IMG/VR virus record: IMGVR_UViG_3300031647_000029
Span: 1 to 33,956 of that record
Reading direction: 5' to 3' (one strand)
DNA from: a virus
Lineage: Duplodnaviria > Caudoviricetes
Length of the DNA: 33,956 bases
Shown: in pieces, positions 16,160 through 25,146 of the stretch
Layout of the letters: every line of letters begins with the position of its first letter
Position numbering within the stretch: the first letter of the stretch is position 1
Program-made: the position numbers and the translations under genes
Notes under the pieces: generated by a model
The model's database searches: none
Told to the model about the DNA's origin: nothing
Seen by the model: only the letters and a program-made list of their open reading frames with translations

Positions 16160-19100
16160 TTACACCGGTCCTAGATTACATTCGCCACCATAACCAGGTG
16201 TTGCATCTCCAAACTGTATAAAAAACTTAGCATCGTTTGCGCAAGCAGGCGTACTACATCTAGGTCCTGTTAAAGGTGTTGTTAGTACTCTGTATTCCCC
16301 AGCAACGTCAAATTCAAAAGTTAGAAATGCACTTACGCCATTAGTAGGCGTAACGCTATTAAAAGAAGTTATAGGCACTACTAAATTAGCTCCAAACTGG
16401 CCGGTTCCAGCGGTGACTGTTTGTGCGGTAGTTGCGTTTACCCAGGTTGATCCTGATTTATATTGTATTACAAATGTACCTGAAACTTCATTGTTGGTAG
16501 AGCATGCTCCGTTAATTGGGTTTTCTATTTTAACAATTATATACATTTGAGCTCCGTCATTTAACCCACCGTTACCTGTGGTTGATCCTATGTTTGCTAA
16601 ATTATATTGATAAGCTACATTGTAATAAAAAGTTGTACCCCATATTGCGCCGCTAGGTAAATTACCAGTGGTAGTGTTAACTGCGCTATTTCTAAAATGA
16701 AACTCTCCTCCGCCTGGCGAACAACTGTAATCAAAATTATTAGAACCTGTTGCTCCACCGTTTGATCGGTAATTGTTACACACAGCTTGATTCACATGCT
16801 GTGCTCCAGTTGTCCATGATAAGCTACTAGTTTGTGTTAAAAAACCAACTCCAGTACCATTGCAATCAGAGGCTAAAGCTATTACAGTATATGTAGTATT
16901 TAAAACCATAGACTTACCAGCTTTTACAGCTAGTAAACCTGGAACAATAACATTATCTTTAGTCGCATTGATCTCAAAAATATCTACATCCGCGCCGTTT
17001 GTATCAACTTGACTTTGTATTGAGTAAACTATTTGGTTAGGTCTGTTAGTTGCGTTAGCAGATCCATTGTAGGCTTCAAAACTAGTTGTTTGTATTACAT
17101 CTCCATCATCATTTGTTTCCCATAGTATGTAAGTATCGTTTATTTGTATTAATCTATCGGCGTTTAAAACAGGATTACCTATTGTTTTAGTAGCGGGAAA
17201 CCTTGGTGTGTTAGTATTTGGTGGTTCAATGTTTGTTAGTGAAGCTGTTATACTAATGTTACTGGTATAAACTACACTAGTTACTTGTTCTGTGTAAACT
17301 ACTACCATGTTTATTTGATAGACGTCGTCTTGAGTAGATGTTGTACTATACCAAAAAGTTTTATCTGGTCCTGTTTTTAATGACCAACTGCCATCAGTGT
17401 TGTCTTCAGTTATAGCAAAAGGAACTTCGCTTGTAACATTAACAGATCCGTTATTAGAAAATACACTCAATATAGTAGCGCTGTCTACGTTTCTTTCTGT
17501 ACCACCTCCATCTAAAAACTTCCAAGAAGCATCTATGACTGTATTAACAGCAGCGCTTTCTGGAAATGTAAAGTTATCTTCATCCGTTCCAACTATTCCT
17601 GGGTCTTGAGCGTCAATTAATGCGTTTAAACCAGGTAAATAGCCTGTTGAAGATGTTTCCCAGAATATTTCTAGTAAAGATTCTATAGGATTTGTTTCTG
17701 CTACAGTTAATATACTTCCAAAAGAATACGGCGTACCGTTTACTGGAGTTTGAGGACTAACAACATGACCTGTAGTAGTGCATATAGCGCCTAAAGGATT
17801 AGTTGATAGATTTCCTACAGATATTTGAGCAGTTAAAGGATTGTTTTCTAAATTATAAAAAGGAGCTGCTTGAGGAGACGGAGGATTAGTAGCTCCAGGT
17901 GTAGTTCCCCAAGGAATTTTACCACTACCTTCTCTTGTAAATTGATTAGTTCCTGCTACTCCAGTTTGAACAACATCATTATAGGTGCCTTTGTTTACTC
18001 CTGAAATAAAAGGAATTGTTGCGAGCTCTCCATCTATGACACTTTGTATGTTTACTATAGTGTCATCAAGGTTTCCAGGAAAATACTGAACATTAAAAGG
18101 AGTGTAATTATATTTACCTGCATCGGTTTTATATTCCATGCTAGGATTATTAACTCTAGTATAAAGTCTAACACTACTTCTGTACTGTGTTTGATTAGGT
18201 CCAACTTCATTTAAATCTCTAGGAACCTTGTTAACATTGTCCCCAAACAATGGTGTAAAAGCTGTTATATTTCTTTCTTTATCAGTAGTAATAGGATAAC
18301 CATTAACAAAACCAGGTAAATAAACATTGTAGTAATCTTGCTCTTGTTGTTTTATTACTATTTTATAAGAATACCAACCTAAAGGATTTGTAGAAGAGTA
18401 CCAACCTGGTTCACCAGTTTCAGGGTTAGGGTTTTGCACTGCTATAGATCGCTCAAAAGTAATTCTTAAAGCGTCACCTATCCATGAAAAAGTTTGACCA
18501 TTTGCTATCTCGTCTTCATCTCTGTAGGAATGAAATATTGTAGAACCAGAAGCGCCTAGTATGTCATCTTGACTAGATAATATAACGTCAGATTGTCTAC
18601 CATATTGATCTGATAAAACAACCCCGACTTGATAAGTTCTGTTTTGTTTTAAAGAACTGTTAGGAAATTGAGTGTAGTTATCATACACAACGTCTTTTTC
18701 TTGAACTGATGTTATGTAATCAATATTTTCAGGCGCAGTGTGTTTGTCTATGTAGTTACCGTATACAATTCTACTACCTATAACTTCTTGAGCTAAGGCT
18801 TTTATTGGAACTTTATCATAAACTCTTACTGTTTGAGCTTCTGGTAAAGTTTTATAAGGTTTTATTGATTCGTAATTGTAGTCATAAAAATAACTAATAC
18901 CACCTGGATGAATTAAATCTTGATACTTAAAGTTGGAAAAACTAATATTAGAACTAGTAGATACGGTGTCTAATACTTTTACAGATAACTGATCTGCTTC
19001 TTTATATAAAATATCTATTTCAGTTATATGAAAATAATCATACAATGCTATTGGTGTTGCTATTTCCGACTGATCACTTTTTCTAGGAATAGGTATTCTT

Positions 19101-20500
19101 AATTTAATACTATCTACGTTGTTTTCAAACCAAGCTAGTATAGTAGACTTATAAGCGTCTTCCATGTCTTTGTCAGAAGAGTTTTGGCCTTTGCCAAATA
19201 TACCTTGTTGTTTAGGTATAAACATTATTTGAGTAAAAGGAGCCATTAAAGAATACTCGTTGTCGTCAAACTTAAATCTATAACTAAACCTTACGTATTC
19301 TCCTTCTAAAAAAGCAGGGTTACCTTTCCATTGTGAGTTGTAATCTGGATTATTACCTATTGTAATTTTTTGGTTTTGGTTAGGAACTTGTATTGTATTA
19401 GCTACATCTAAAGTAAAGTTAAAAGTCTCGTTTACTCCAGTTCCTTCAAACGCAACGGTTTGTATTATACCTGTGTTAGCTGGAACATCACCTAAACCGG
19501 TACTTATCCTTGCAGCCTCTTGACATGTAACAAGCATTCCTATCTCAGGTCTTGCTTCTCCTAATGCGCTTTTAATGATTTTTAAAACACTACCAGCTGC
19601 TCCGCCACCAGTAGCGGTAACTACCGTTGGGCCTACAAAATTAGAAACAAACCTATCATTTTTATTAGTCATAGAAGGTCTACTAAAATCTAATCGACTA
19701 TTAGTTATAGCAGTAAAAGGTTTTGACACGTGTATCTCTAACGTTCCTGCGTTATTAATTATCTTAGTGACAGTTATTAAAGTGTTTATGCTAGGTATTT
19801 CTGAGCTAAAATCTTTGTCAACATTAGTAACTATATCACCTGTTCTTACTGTAGCAGGCATAGTGCCTTGTATTTCTATTATACTACTATTACTATGTGC
19901 ACCATTTATTCTAGCGCTAGATCTTTCCATAGCTATTATAGTCTCATAAGGATAGTATTTAGCTACAGATATTTGTTCTTCTACTGTGTACTTTGTAGGA
20001 GCAGACGAAGCACTTGGATTTGCTAAAGCAATATTTATTTTTCTAGGCTGATTAGTATTGTCTGTAAAAAACAATAAATCTTCAATTAAATTAACGCCAT
20101 ATATAGGAAAATTTTTATCAAAATTTAAAAAGAATCCTTCAACTAGCTTAACAGGACTTACATTAGTAGGCGTGTTTAAGTTTAACCTATGTATAAAGCA
20201 TTTATTAGCGGCAACAGCTCTTGGTATTGTTGACGTACTTGTAAAATCTGTAGAAAAAATATATAAAAAACCTTTGCTATTATCTGCTATTTGCCCTATT
20301 ATACTTACAGCACCGCTTGGATCTAGATTAGTTAGAATTTCACTAGCGCCTGGTATTTGCTCAAACTCTCCAACAGTAGAACCTTCTGATCTACTTATTT
20401 GTAAATTTTCAGCTTCTCTATATTCTCCATTAGGAAGAATTCTAGCGTCTAAGTCTTGATTCATTTTGCCCTTTAAAAAAGCATTTGTAACTTCTGCCAT
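16160..20500 (-). CDS. Tail muzzle/stabilisation protein, N-terminal part with a beta-rich variable C-terminus (1446 aa)
   Basis: N-terminal GKMNQDLDARILPNGEYREAEN, LLFFTDNTNQPRKIN, RFSYRFKFDDNEYS, RIVYGNY and SLKQNRTYQVGVVLSDQYGR, typical of crAss-like tail stabilisation proteins. Confidence 0.75.
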   Translation of the reverse strand: MAEVTNAFLKGKMNQDLDARILPNGEYREAENLQISRSEGSTVGEFEQIPGASEILTNLDPSGAVSIIGQIADNSKGFLYIFSTDFTSTSTIPRAVAANKCFIHRLNLNTPTNVSPVKLVEGFFLNFDKNFPIYGVNLIEDLLFFTDNTNQPRKINIALANPSASSAPTKYTVEEQISVAKYYPYETIIAMERSSARINGAHSNSSIIEIQGTMPATVRTGDIVTNVDKDFSSEIPSINTLITVTKIINNAGTLEIHVSKPFTAITNSRLDFSRPSMTNKNDRFVSNFVGPTVVTATGGGAAGSVLKIIKSALGEARPEIGMLVTCQEAARISTGLGDVPANTGIIQTVAFEGTGVNETFNFTLDVANTIQVPNQNQKITIGNNPDYNSQWKGNPAFLEGEYVRFSYRFKFDDNEYSLMAPFTQIMFIPKQQGIFGKGQNSSDKDMEDAYKSTILAWFENNVDSIKLRIPIPRKSDQSEIATPIALYDYFHITEIDILYKEADQLSVKVLDTVSTSSNISFSNFKYQDLIHPGGISYFYDYNYESIKPYKTLPEAQTVRVYDKVPIKALAQEVIGSRIVYGNYIDKHTAPENIDYITSVQEKDVVYDNYTQFPNSSLKQNRTYQVGVVLSDQYGRQSDVILSSQDDILGASGSTIFHSYRDEDEIANGQTFSWIGDALRITFERSIAVQNPNPETGEPGWYSSTNPLGWYSYKIVIKQQEQDYYNVYLPGFVNGYPITTDKERNITAFTPLFGDNVNKVPRDLNEVGPNQTQYRSSVRLYTRVNNPSMEYKTDAGKYNYTPFNVQYFPGNLDDTIVNIQSVIDGELATIPFISGVNKGTYNDVVQTGVAGTNQFTREGSGKIPWGTTPGATNPPSPQAAPFYNLENNPLTAQISVGNLSTNPLGAICTTTGHVVSPQTPVNGTPYSFGSILTVAETNPIESLLEIFWETSSTGYLPGLNALIDAQDPGIVGTDEDNFTFPESAAVNTVIDASWKFLDGGGTERNVDSATILSVFSNNGSVNVTSEVPFAITEDNTDGSWSLKTGPDKTFWYSTTSTQDDVYQINMVVVYTEQVTSVVYTSNISITASLTNIEPPNTNTPRFPATKTIGNPVLNADRLIQINDTYILWETNDDGDVIQTTSFEAYNGSANATNRPNQIVYSIQSQVDTNGADVDIFEINATKDNVIVPGLLAVKAGKSMVLNTTYTVIALASDCNGTGVGFLTQTSSLSWTTGAQHVNQAVCNNYRSNGGATGSNNFDYSCSPGGGEFHFRNSAVNTTTGNLPSGAIWGTTFYYNVAYQYNLANIGSTTGNGGLNDGAQMYIIVKIENPINGACSTNNEVSGTFVIQYKSGSTWVNATTAQTVTAGTGQFGANLVVPITSFNSVTPTNGVSAFLTFEFDVAGEYRVLTTPLTGPRCSTPACANDAKFFIQFGDATPGYGGECNLGPV

Positions 20501-20505
20501 TTAAT

Positions 20506-21708
20506 TTAGTTTTTAAGCCATTTAGATTTACCTCTCATAACTTGAGTTATTTCTCCTAGTTTAATATTAGATATTCTAATTTTAGCGTTTCTAAGCTTTG
20601 CGCTTCTTTCTCTTTTAAATCTTTGTACTATATATTCTGGTATGTTTAATCTACTACCTAAGACAGCGTGATTAATATGAGCGTACATAGCATCTTCAGC
20701 AAACTTAGGGACTCTAGTATCTAAGTCACTAGCTAAACCATCAGAAACATATTCTATAACAATTAATTGATTAGCTAAATTGCTTGAAAAATTAAACGTT
20801 CCATCTACTTCATTGATAGTAAACCATCCATTCTTTTGAGTTGTTGCTGGATCCATACCATACCTTTGCCCAAGCTGTTCTACTTGCCAGTCAGGATAAT
20901 AAGCTGCTGGAAAAGTGTTAGTATTAAAAGCACTACCAACTGGAAACTCTTGCCAAAGCCCTGTTATTAATTTAGTGTTTCCTTTGCTCCATAAACCTGT
21001 AGTAGTATCTGGAACTTCTGTATTATCACCATTAGCATCTTGTATAGGTTCTCCTAAACTATCTTGAGTTATAGCTCTAGGATTTATTGTTAGATTATTA
21101 GCAGGGTATATAATATGCTTAACGCCTATAGCATCTATATAAGATAGTCTTACATAGTTAACATAATCTTGAGGTATTATTAAAGATAAACTTGGAGGTA
21201 TTTGTAACTCTAAAGCGTTAACACTTTTTAAAGTATCATAGCTAAATTCTTGTAGACCACGTTTAGCGTGGAAGACCACATCGGTTCTTTTTATATTAGG
21301 TATTAATTTGTCGTCTCCAACGTAAGCCATTAAATAGTTATTAACTATATCACTTATTTTTATATATTCATAACCACCGTAGTTATTATCTACAGCCGCA
21401 GACCTAAGCTGTAGCATCAACCATGTTCCTGCAGGTATACCATTAGGTATATTTACTATATTTCCTATACGTAAATTGTAAGTAAACAAAGGATTGACAT
21501 TAGCGTTATAAGGTGTCCATGTAGCTCCTGCGTCAATACTTATGAATAAATCTACGTTGTTTAATGGAAACTGTTGTGCTGTAGGATTATCACTTCTTAT
21601 TATTAAGTCAGTGTTAAAGGTACTTTGAAAAATAGTTGTGTTATTGTTAGTTGTAAACAACTGCGTCCCCGCGTAGTACTGTAAATTAGTTTCTGTTATT
21701 AGTGCCAT
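20506..21708 (-). CDS. Tail ring/tubular structural protein (400 aa)
   Basis: Located between the adaptor and the muzzle; HAKRGLQEFSYD, IPQDYVNYVRLS and IEYVSDGL motifs. Confidence 0.65.
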   Translation of the reverse strand: MALITETNLQYYAGTQLFTTNNNTTIFQSTFNTDLIIRSDNPTAQQFPLNNVDLFISIDAGATWTPYNANVNPLFTYNLRIGNIVNIPNGIPAGTWLMLQLRSAAVDNNYGGYEYIKISDIVNNYLMAYVGDDKLIPNIKRTDVVFHAKRGLQEFSYDTLKSVNALELQIPPSLSLIIPQDYVNYVRLSYIDAIGVKHIIYPANNLTINPRAITQDSLGEPIQDANGDNTEVPDTTTGLWSKGNTKLITGLWQEFPVGSAFNTNTFPAAYYPDWQVEQLGQRYGMDPATTQKNGWFTINEVDGTFNFSSNLANQLIVIEYVSDGLASDLDTRVPKFAEDAMYAHINHAVLGSRLNIPEYIVQRFKRERSAKLRNAKIRISNIKLGEITQVMRGKSKWLKN

Positions 21709-21711
21709 GTC

Positions 21712-22665
21712 TTAACTTTTATCATTCATTTGTTCTTGTTGTACTTGTTGAGCTGCCATTTGCACTATGTTAGGATCTTGCAATATAACACCAGCATAAG
21801 ATAAAACTTGTAGTATAACATTAGTCTGCTCTGAAGGATGCAATTCAAATTGAATAGAATTTGCAGAAGAATACAAGAGTTGACCTACGCTACCTGGTGT
21901 AGAAGACCAAAGTATATTTGCTGGTTTTTTAATGTAAGAAACTTGTATAGGACTAGTGTTGTTTGTAGATAAACCTGGGACTATAGTCGTAGGGTATATG
22001 TATATTTTTTGATCTTCAAACAAACAGGCTGGATACGTAGTTGTTGGAGCTACTAAAGGTGCTTTCTTTATTAAGTACCATTCGTTTCTATCCATTAATT
22101 GAATTTCTGTAACGTCATTATATATAACTGTACCTAACCTATAAAAATCCATAGCATATAAAGATATAGATATCGCAGCCGCGTTAGCAGGTGGCGTTGT
22201 AAATGTTACTGTAAGTGATTGGTTGTCGTAAGTCCAGTTAAAAACTTCAACACCAGCTACGGTTATTTTAACTTGAGAATCTATAGAACCTAGAAGAGTG
22301 GTCCATGGTGCTGCTAAAGCAAAAGCTGTTAACACCCCGTTACCTGTAAAAGCCTGCGGATCTATTAAAGGAGTATCTACAGCAGTAGGTAATTCATAAT
22401 AACCTCCTACATTGTTGTATGTAGCAGTTCTAATCTTTTTAAAAATGTCAATTTTAGTTGCGGTGTTTTTAAACCTATTACCATACTCTGTGTCGTTTTG
22501 AGGAACACGCATTTGTTGGTTTAAGTCGTTAGCATAGTTTTCAAATATTCCTAATTGAACTTGCGTACCTACTCTATTAAACTCATCAGGCGTCATGTAC
22601 CCTCTTTGTTGTTGGTTAAGTATTAATAAAACTGTTTTGTAAACAGTGTCCACGTTTATTGCCAT
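21712..22665 (-). CDS. Tail tubular/adaptor ring protein (P22 gp4 / T7 gp11-like role) with an inserted beta module
   Basis: VYKTVLLILNQQQRGYMTPDEFN, IYIYPTT, SYIKKP..I.W and FELHPSE motifs; gene position after the capsid cluster. Confidence 0.7.
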   Translation of the reverse strand: MAINVDTVYKTVLLILNQQQRGYMTPDEFNRVGTQVQLGIFENYANDLNQQMRVPQNDTEYGNRFKNTATKIDIFKKIRTATYNNVGGYYELPTAVDTPLIDPQAFTGNGVLTAFALAAPWTTLLGSIDSQVKITVAGVEVFNWTYDNQSLTVTFTTPPANAAAISISLYAMDFYRLGTVIYNDVTEIQLMDRNEWYLIKKAPLVAPTTTYPACLFEDQKIYIYPTTIVPGLSTNNTSPIQVSYIKKPANILWSSTPGSVGQLLYSSANSIQFELHPSEQTNVILQVLSYAGVILQDPNIVQMAAQQVQQEQMNDKS

Positions 22666-22688
22666 TTGTATATTTTTATTATAATATT

Positions 22689-22708
22689 GGGCCCGAGTGA
22701 ACGAGCCC
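22689..22708 (-). promoter_or_regulatory. Intergenic GC-rich stem-loop without U-tract
   Basis: mRNA GGGCUCG-UUCACU-CGGGCCC (7 bp including one G-U) in an otherwise nearly all-AT spacer. Confidence 0.6.
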
Positions 22709-22725
22709 TATATTAGTATTACATA

Positions 22726-23556
22726 TTATGATAGCTTTTTATCTATCATTTTGAAAATTTCTACGCCTTCATCTGTTTTAAACCATGCAGCTAAAGCTGA
22801 GTATGGATTTTCTTCGTAAGGTATAGTTAGTAATTTTCTATCATTACTTCCCCATAAAAACTCTCTTTGGTTTTGAGATAGCTTTATTATTCCAGCTTCT
22901 CTAGCTTTAATTCCAAAGTTTCTTAGCTGTACGTTTTCATCGTTAGCTAAATCAATAAATAACTTAGGATTACCTTTAGCAAATAATAGAACATCTCTTC
23001 TTATTTCTTTAGATGTTAAAGAGCTTACATCGCTTCCTTGCTCTACTCTTAGTATTGCTTCCGCGTGCTCTGTGTCTATATCTCTTGCTGCGTTAAGAGC
23101 TATTATTTCTAGTTCTAAATCAACTAGCTCGTCTTTAGCTGCCTCAACAGGTTTCCATTCAGTGTATCTTACGTCTTTACCTGGATGGTATAATGATAAT
23201 AGTTTTTGTAAGTTTTGCATATGTTTAGGAACTACTAAAGCTCCGTCTAAAAATGTAACATGTTGCAAAGTTACTTCTCCTTTTTGTTCTTCTACAAAAG
23301 GTGACGCTTGGTTTGTAGCAAAGCGTATTGTTTTTTGTATTCCAGTAATTGGATCAAAGTACATTAAAGGATATCTTTGAGTATGTTTAGATGGTAAAGT
23401 ATATGTTAGTGGGGTTTTTTGACCTACTAAAAAGTACTGTCTATCTTTTATTTCCCATCCGTCTTCGGGATGTGGATCTTTTTTTACTATGGGTTGATTT
23501 TTAATTACTTGTGGTTCGTCCACTACAACCTCTGTTGTTTTTGCATTTTTTGCCAT
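22726..23556 (-). CDS. Conserved capsid-adjacent protein (276 aa), function unknown
   Basis: Directly downstream of the MCP gene; RFATNQASPFVEEQ and AAWFKTDEG motifs. Confidence 0.7.
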   Translation of the reverse strand: MAKNAKTTEVVVDEPQVIKNQPIVKKDPHPEDGWEIKDRQYFLVGQKTPLTYTLPSKHTQRYPLMYFDPITGIQKTIRFATNQASPFVEEQKGEVTLQHVTFLDGALVVPKHMQNLQKLLSLYHPGKDVRYTEWKPVEAAKDELVDLELEIIALNAARDIDTEHAEAILRVEQGSDVSSLTSKEIRRDVLLFAKGNPKLFIDLANDENVQLRNFGIKAREAGIIKLSQNQREFLWGSNDRKLLTIPYEENPYSALAAWFKTDEGVEIFKMIDKKLS

Positions 23557-23580
23557 GATATAATATAATAAAAGTTAGTT

Positions 23581-23623
23581 AAAAATAAAGAGTATCCCCA
23601 CCGATAAGGCAGGGATAAACTTT
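23581..23623 (-). terminator. Intrinsic terminator/attenuator after the major capsid gene
   Basis: mRNA AAAGUUUAUCCCUGCC-UUAUC-GGUGGGGAUACUCUUU followed by AUUUUU, about 10 nt after the MCP stop. Confidence 0.8.
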
Positions 23624-23632
23624 AAGTAAATA

Positions 23633-25123
23633 TTAAGCAGTAAATAATACGAAATTATTTGCAGCTTGTGTACAAAGACATCTTTCAGATAAGAAAGAAA
23701 CTTGCATACTATCTGAAGTGTTAGTGTAAACACCACCTACAGAACCTGTAATCCAAGATTTCATTCTTCTATCGTCAGCTTGTGAAGCTCTGTATCTTAC
23801 GTGTAGGAATGGTCTACGTATATTTGTACCAAGTAATTGGTCATATACAGTAGAAGTTCCTGCAGGAATCAATACACCATCAATGTTATCACCAGCTGTG
23901 AAGTTCGTAGAACCACCTCTAGTAGAAGCATCATTTAGATATTTCCATGAAGTCTTGTAGAAGTCATAAGAACCTCTTCTGAATCCAGAAAATCCTAAGT
24001 TCAACGCCATTTCTTCAGAGTTTTCAAATACACCGTAAGATGTACCTCCAGCTCCGTAAGAATTTTGTTGTGCTAACATGTTATCAAACTGTAATTCTGT
24101 AGCTCTATCTAAGAAAAGCATGTTTTCTTCAATAGCACCTTGAGAATCTAAGTTCATTAAGATATCATCGAAATCTTGTAAAGATCCACCGAATCCTGCC
24201 ATAACGTTTCCTCTAGTGTTGATAGCAGAGAATAAACCTTGCGTACCTGCACCTTGAACAGCAGCTCCAAATCCTGAAGCAGCAGGTAAAGCACCAGCTA
24301 CAGCTTGACTAAGGAAAGATAAATCACCAGCACCACCTCCAAATGAGATAGCTCTTTCGCCTTCAACCATACTCATTTCTAAGTAGTCTTCGAATCTTAA
24401 TCTAGTTTCTCCTTCAGCTTTTAGATACCATAAGTATCCAGAAGTTCCATCTTCAGCAGCAACTTCAACCCAACCGATTTGAGCAGTATCAGATCCACTA
24501 ACTTGGTAGTTAGATTTGATAATGATCGGAGCGTTAGAATATTGAGTAAATGAAGGTTGGATATTTTCTGTAGATCCTAATGTACCTTTTGCAAATTCAG
24601 AACCGTATACGAATACTTTTAACCCAGTAAGACTTAGTCCTATTAAAGATGTTGCATCGTAAGCGTAGACATCAATTGAATTTACGTTACCACCAGCAGC
24701 AGCTGCACCTACAGCACCAACAAATCCGTGAATAGTAGCTCCTGGTTTAGCAGGATCCATTACCACGATAGTCATGTTTGTAGTTATAACGTTAGTAACA
24801 CCAGCTGTTCCAGCAGGATTAACGTTAATTGTAAAGTTATTCGCTTGACGAGTACATCCGTCGTAAGAGATATGTAATCTATTTTGTTCAGACCAGATTA
24901 CCTGATCAGACGTCATTGGCATTTCAGCACCTACCATTCTTAAGAAACCTCCTAAAGTACGATTTCCGTATCTTTCTATTTCAGCTTCATAAATTTCTGG
25001 TAAATATTGTTGTGCGAACGTCCCACCGCCAGCGGCGTTGTTAAATTGTAGATAATTTGATGATAAAGCCTGCGCCGTAGGCGAAGGAACCAAATTACCA
25101 TATTGTGGAGATAATACACCCAT
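23633..25123 (-). CDS. Major capsid protein (HK97 fold, crAss-like/flavophage type)
   Basis: 496 aa after portal and scaffold; QQYLPEIYEAEIERYGNR, SDQVIWSEQNRLH, YGSEFAKGT, LNLGFSGFRRGSYDFYK and FLSERCL motifs; C-ending codons suggest high expression; followed by a terminator. Confidence 0.88.
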   Translation of the reverse strand: MGVLSPQYGNLVPSPTAQALSSNYLQFNNAAGGGTFAQQYLPEIYEAEIERYGNRTLGGFLRMVGAEMPMTSDQVIWSEQNRLHISYDGCTRQANNFTINVNPAGTAGVTNVITTNMTIVVMDPAKPGATIHGFVGAVGAAAAGGNVNSIDVYAYDATSLIGLSLTGLKVFVYGSEFAKGTLGSTENIQPSFTQYSNAPIIIKSNYQVSGSDTAQIGWVEVAAEDGTSGYLWYLKAEGETRLRFEDYLEMSMVEGERAISFGGGAGDLSFLSQAVAGALPAASGFGAAVQGAGTQGLFSAINTRGNVMAGFGGSLQDFDDILMNLDSQGAIEENMLFLDRATELQFDNMLAQQNSYGAGGTSYGVFENSEEMALNLGFSGFRRGSYDFYKTSWKYLNDASTRGGSTNFTAGDNIDGVLIPAGTSTVYDQLLGTNIRRPFLHVRYRASQADDRRMKSWITGSVGGVYTNTSDSMQVSFLSERCLCTQAANNFVLFTA

Positions 25124-25144
25124 AATTTTTAATTTTTAATTTTT
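25124..25144 (-). repeat. Three tandem copies of AAAAATT forming the MCP leader
   Basis: Plus strand aattttt x3, immediately adjacent to the MCP ATG. Confidence 0.7.
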
Positions 25145-25146
25145 GA

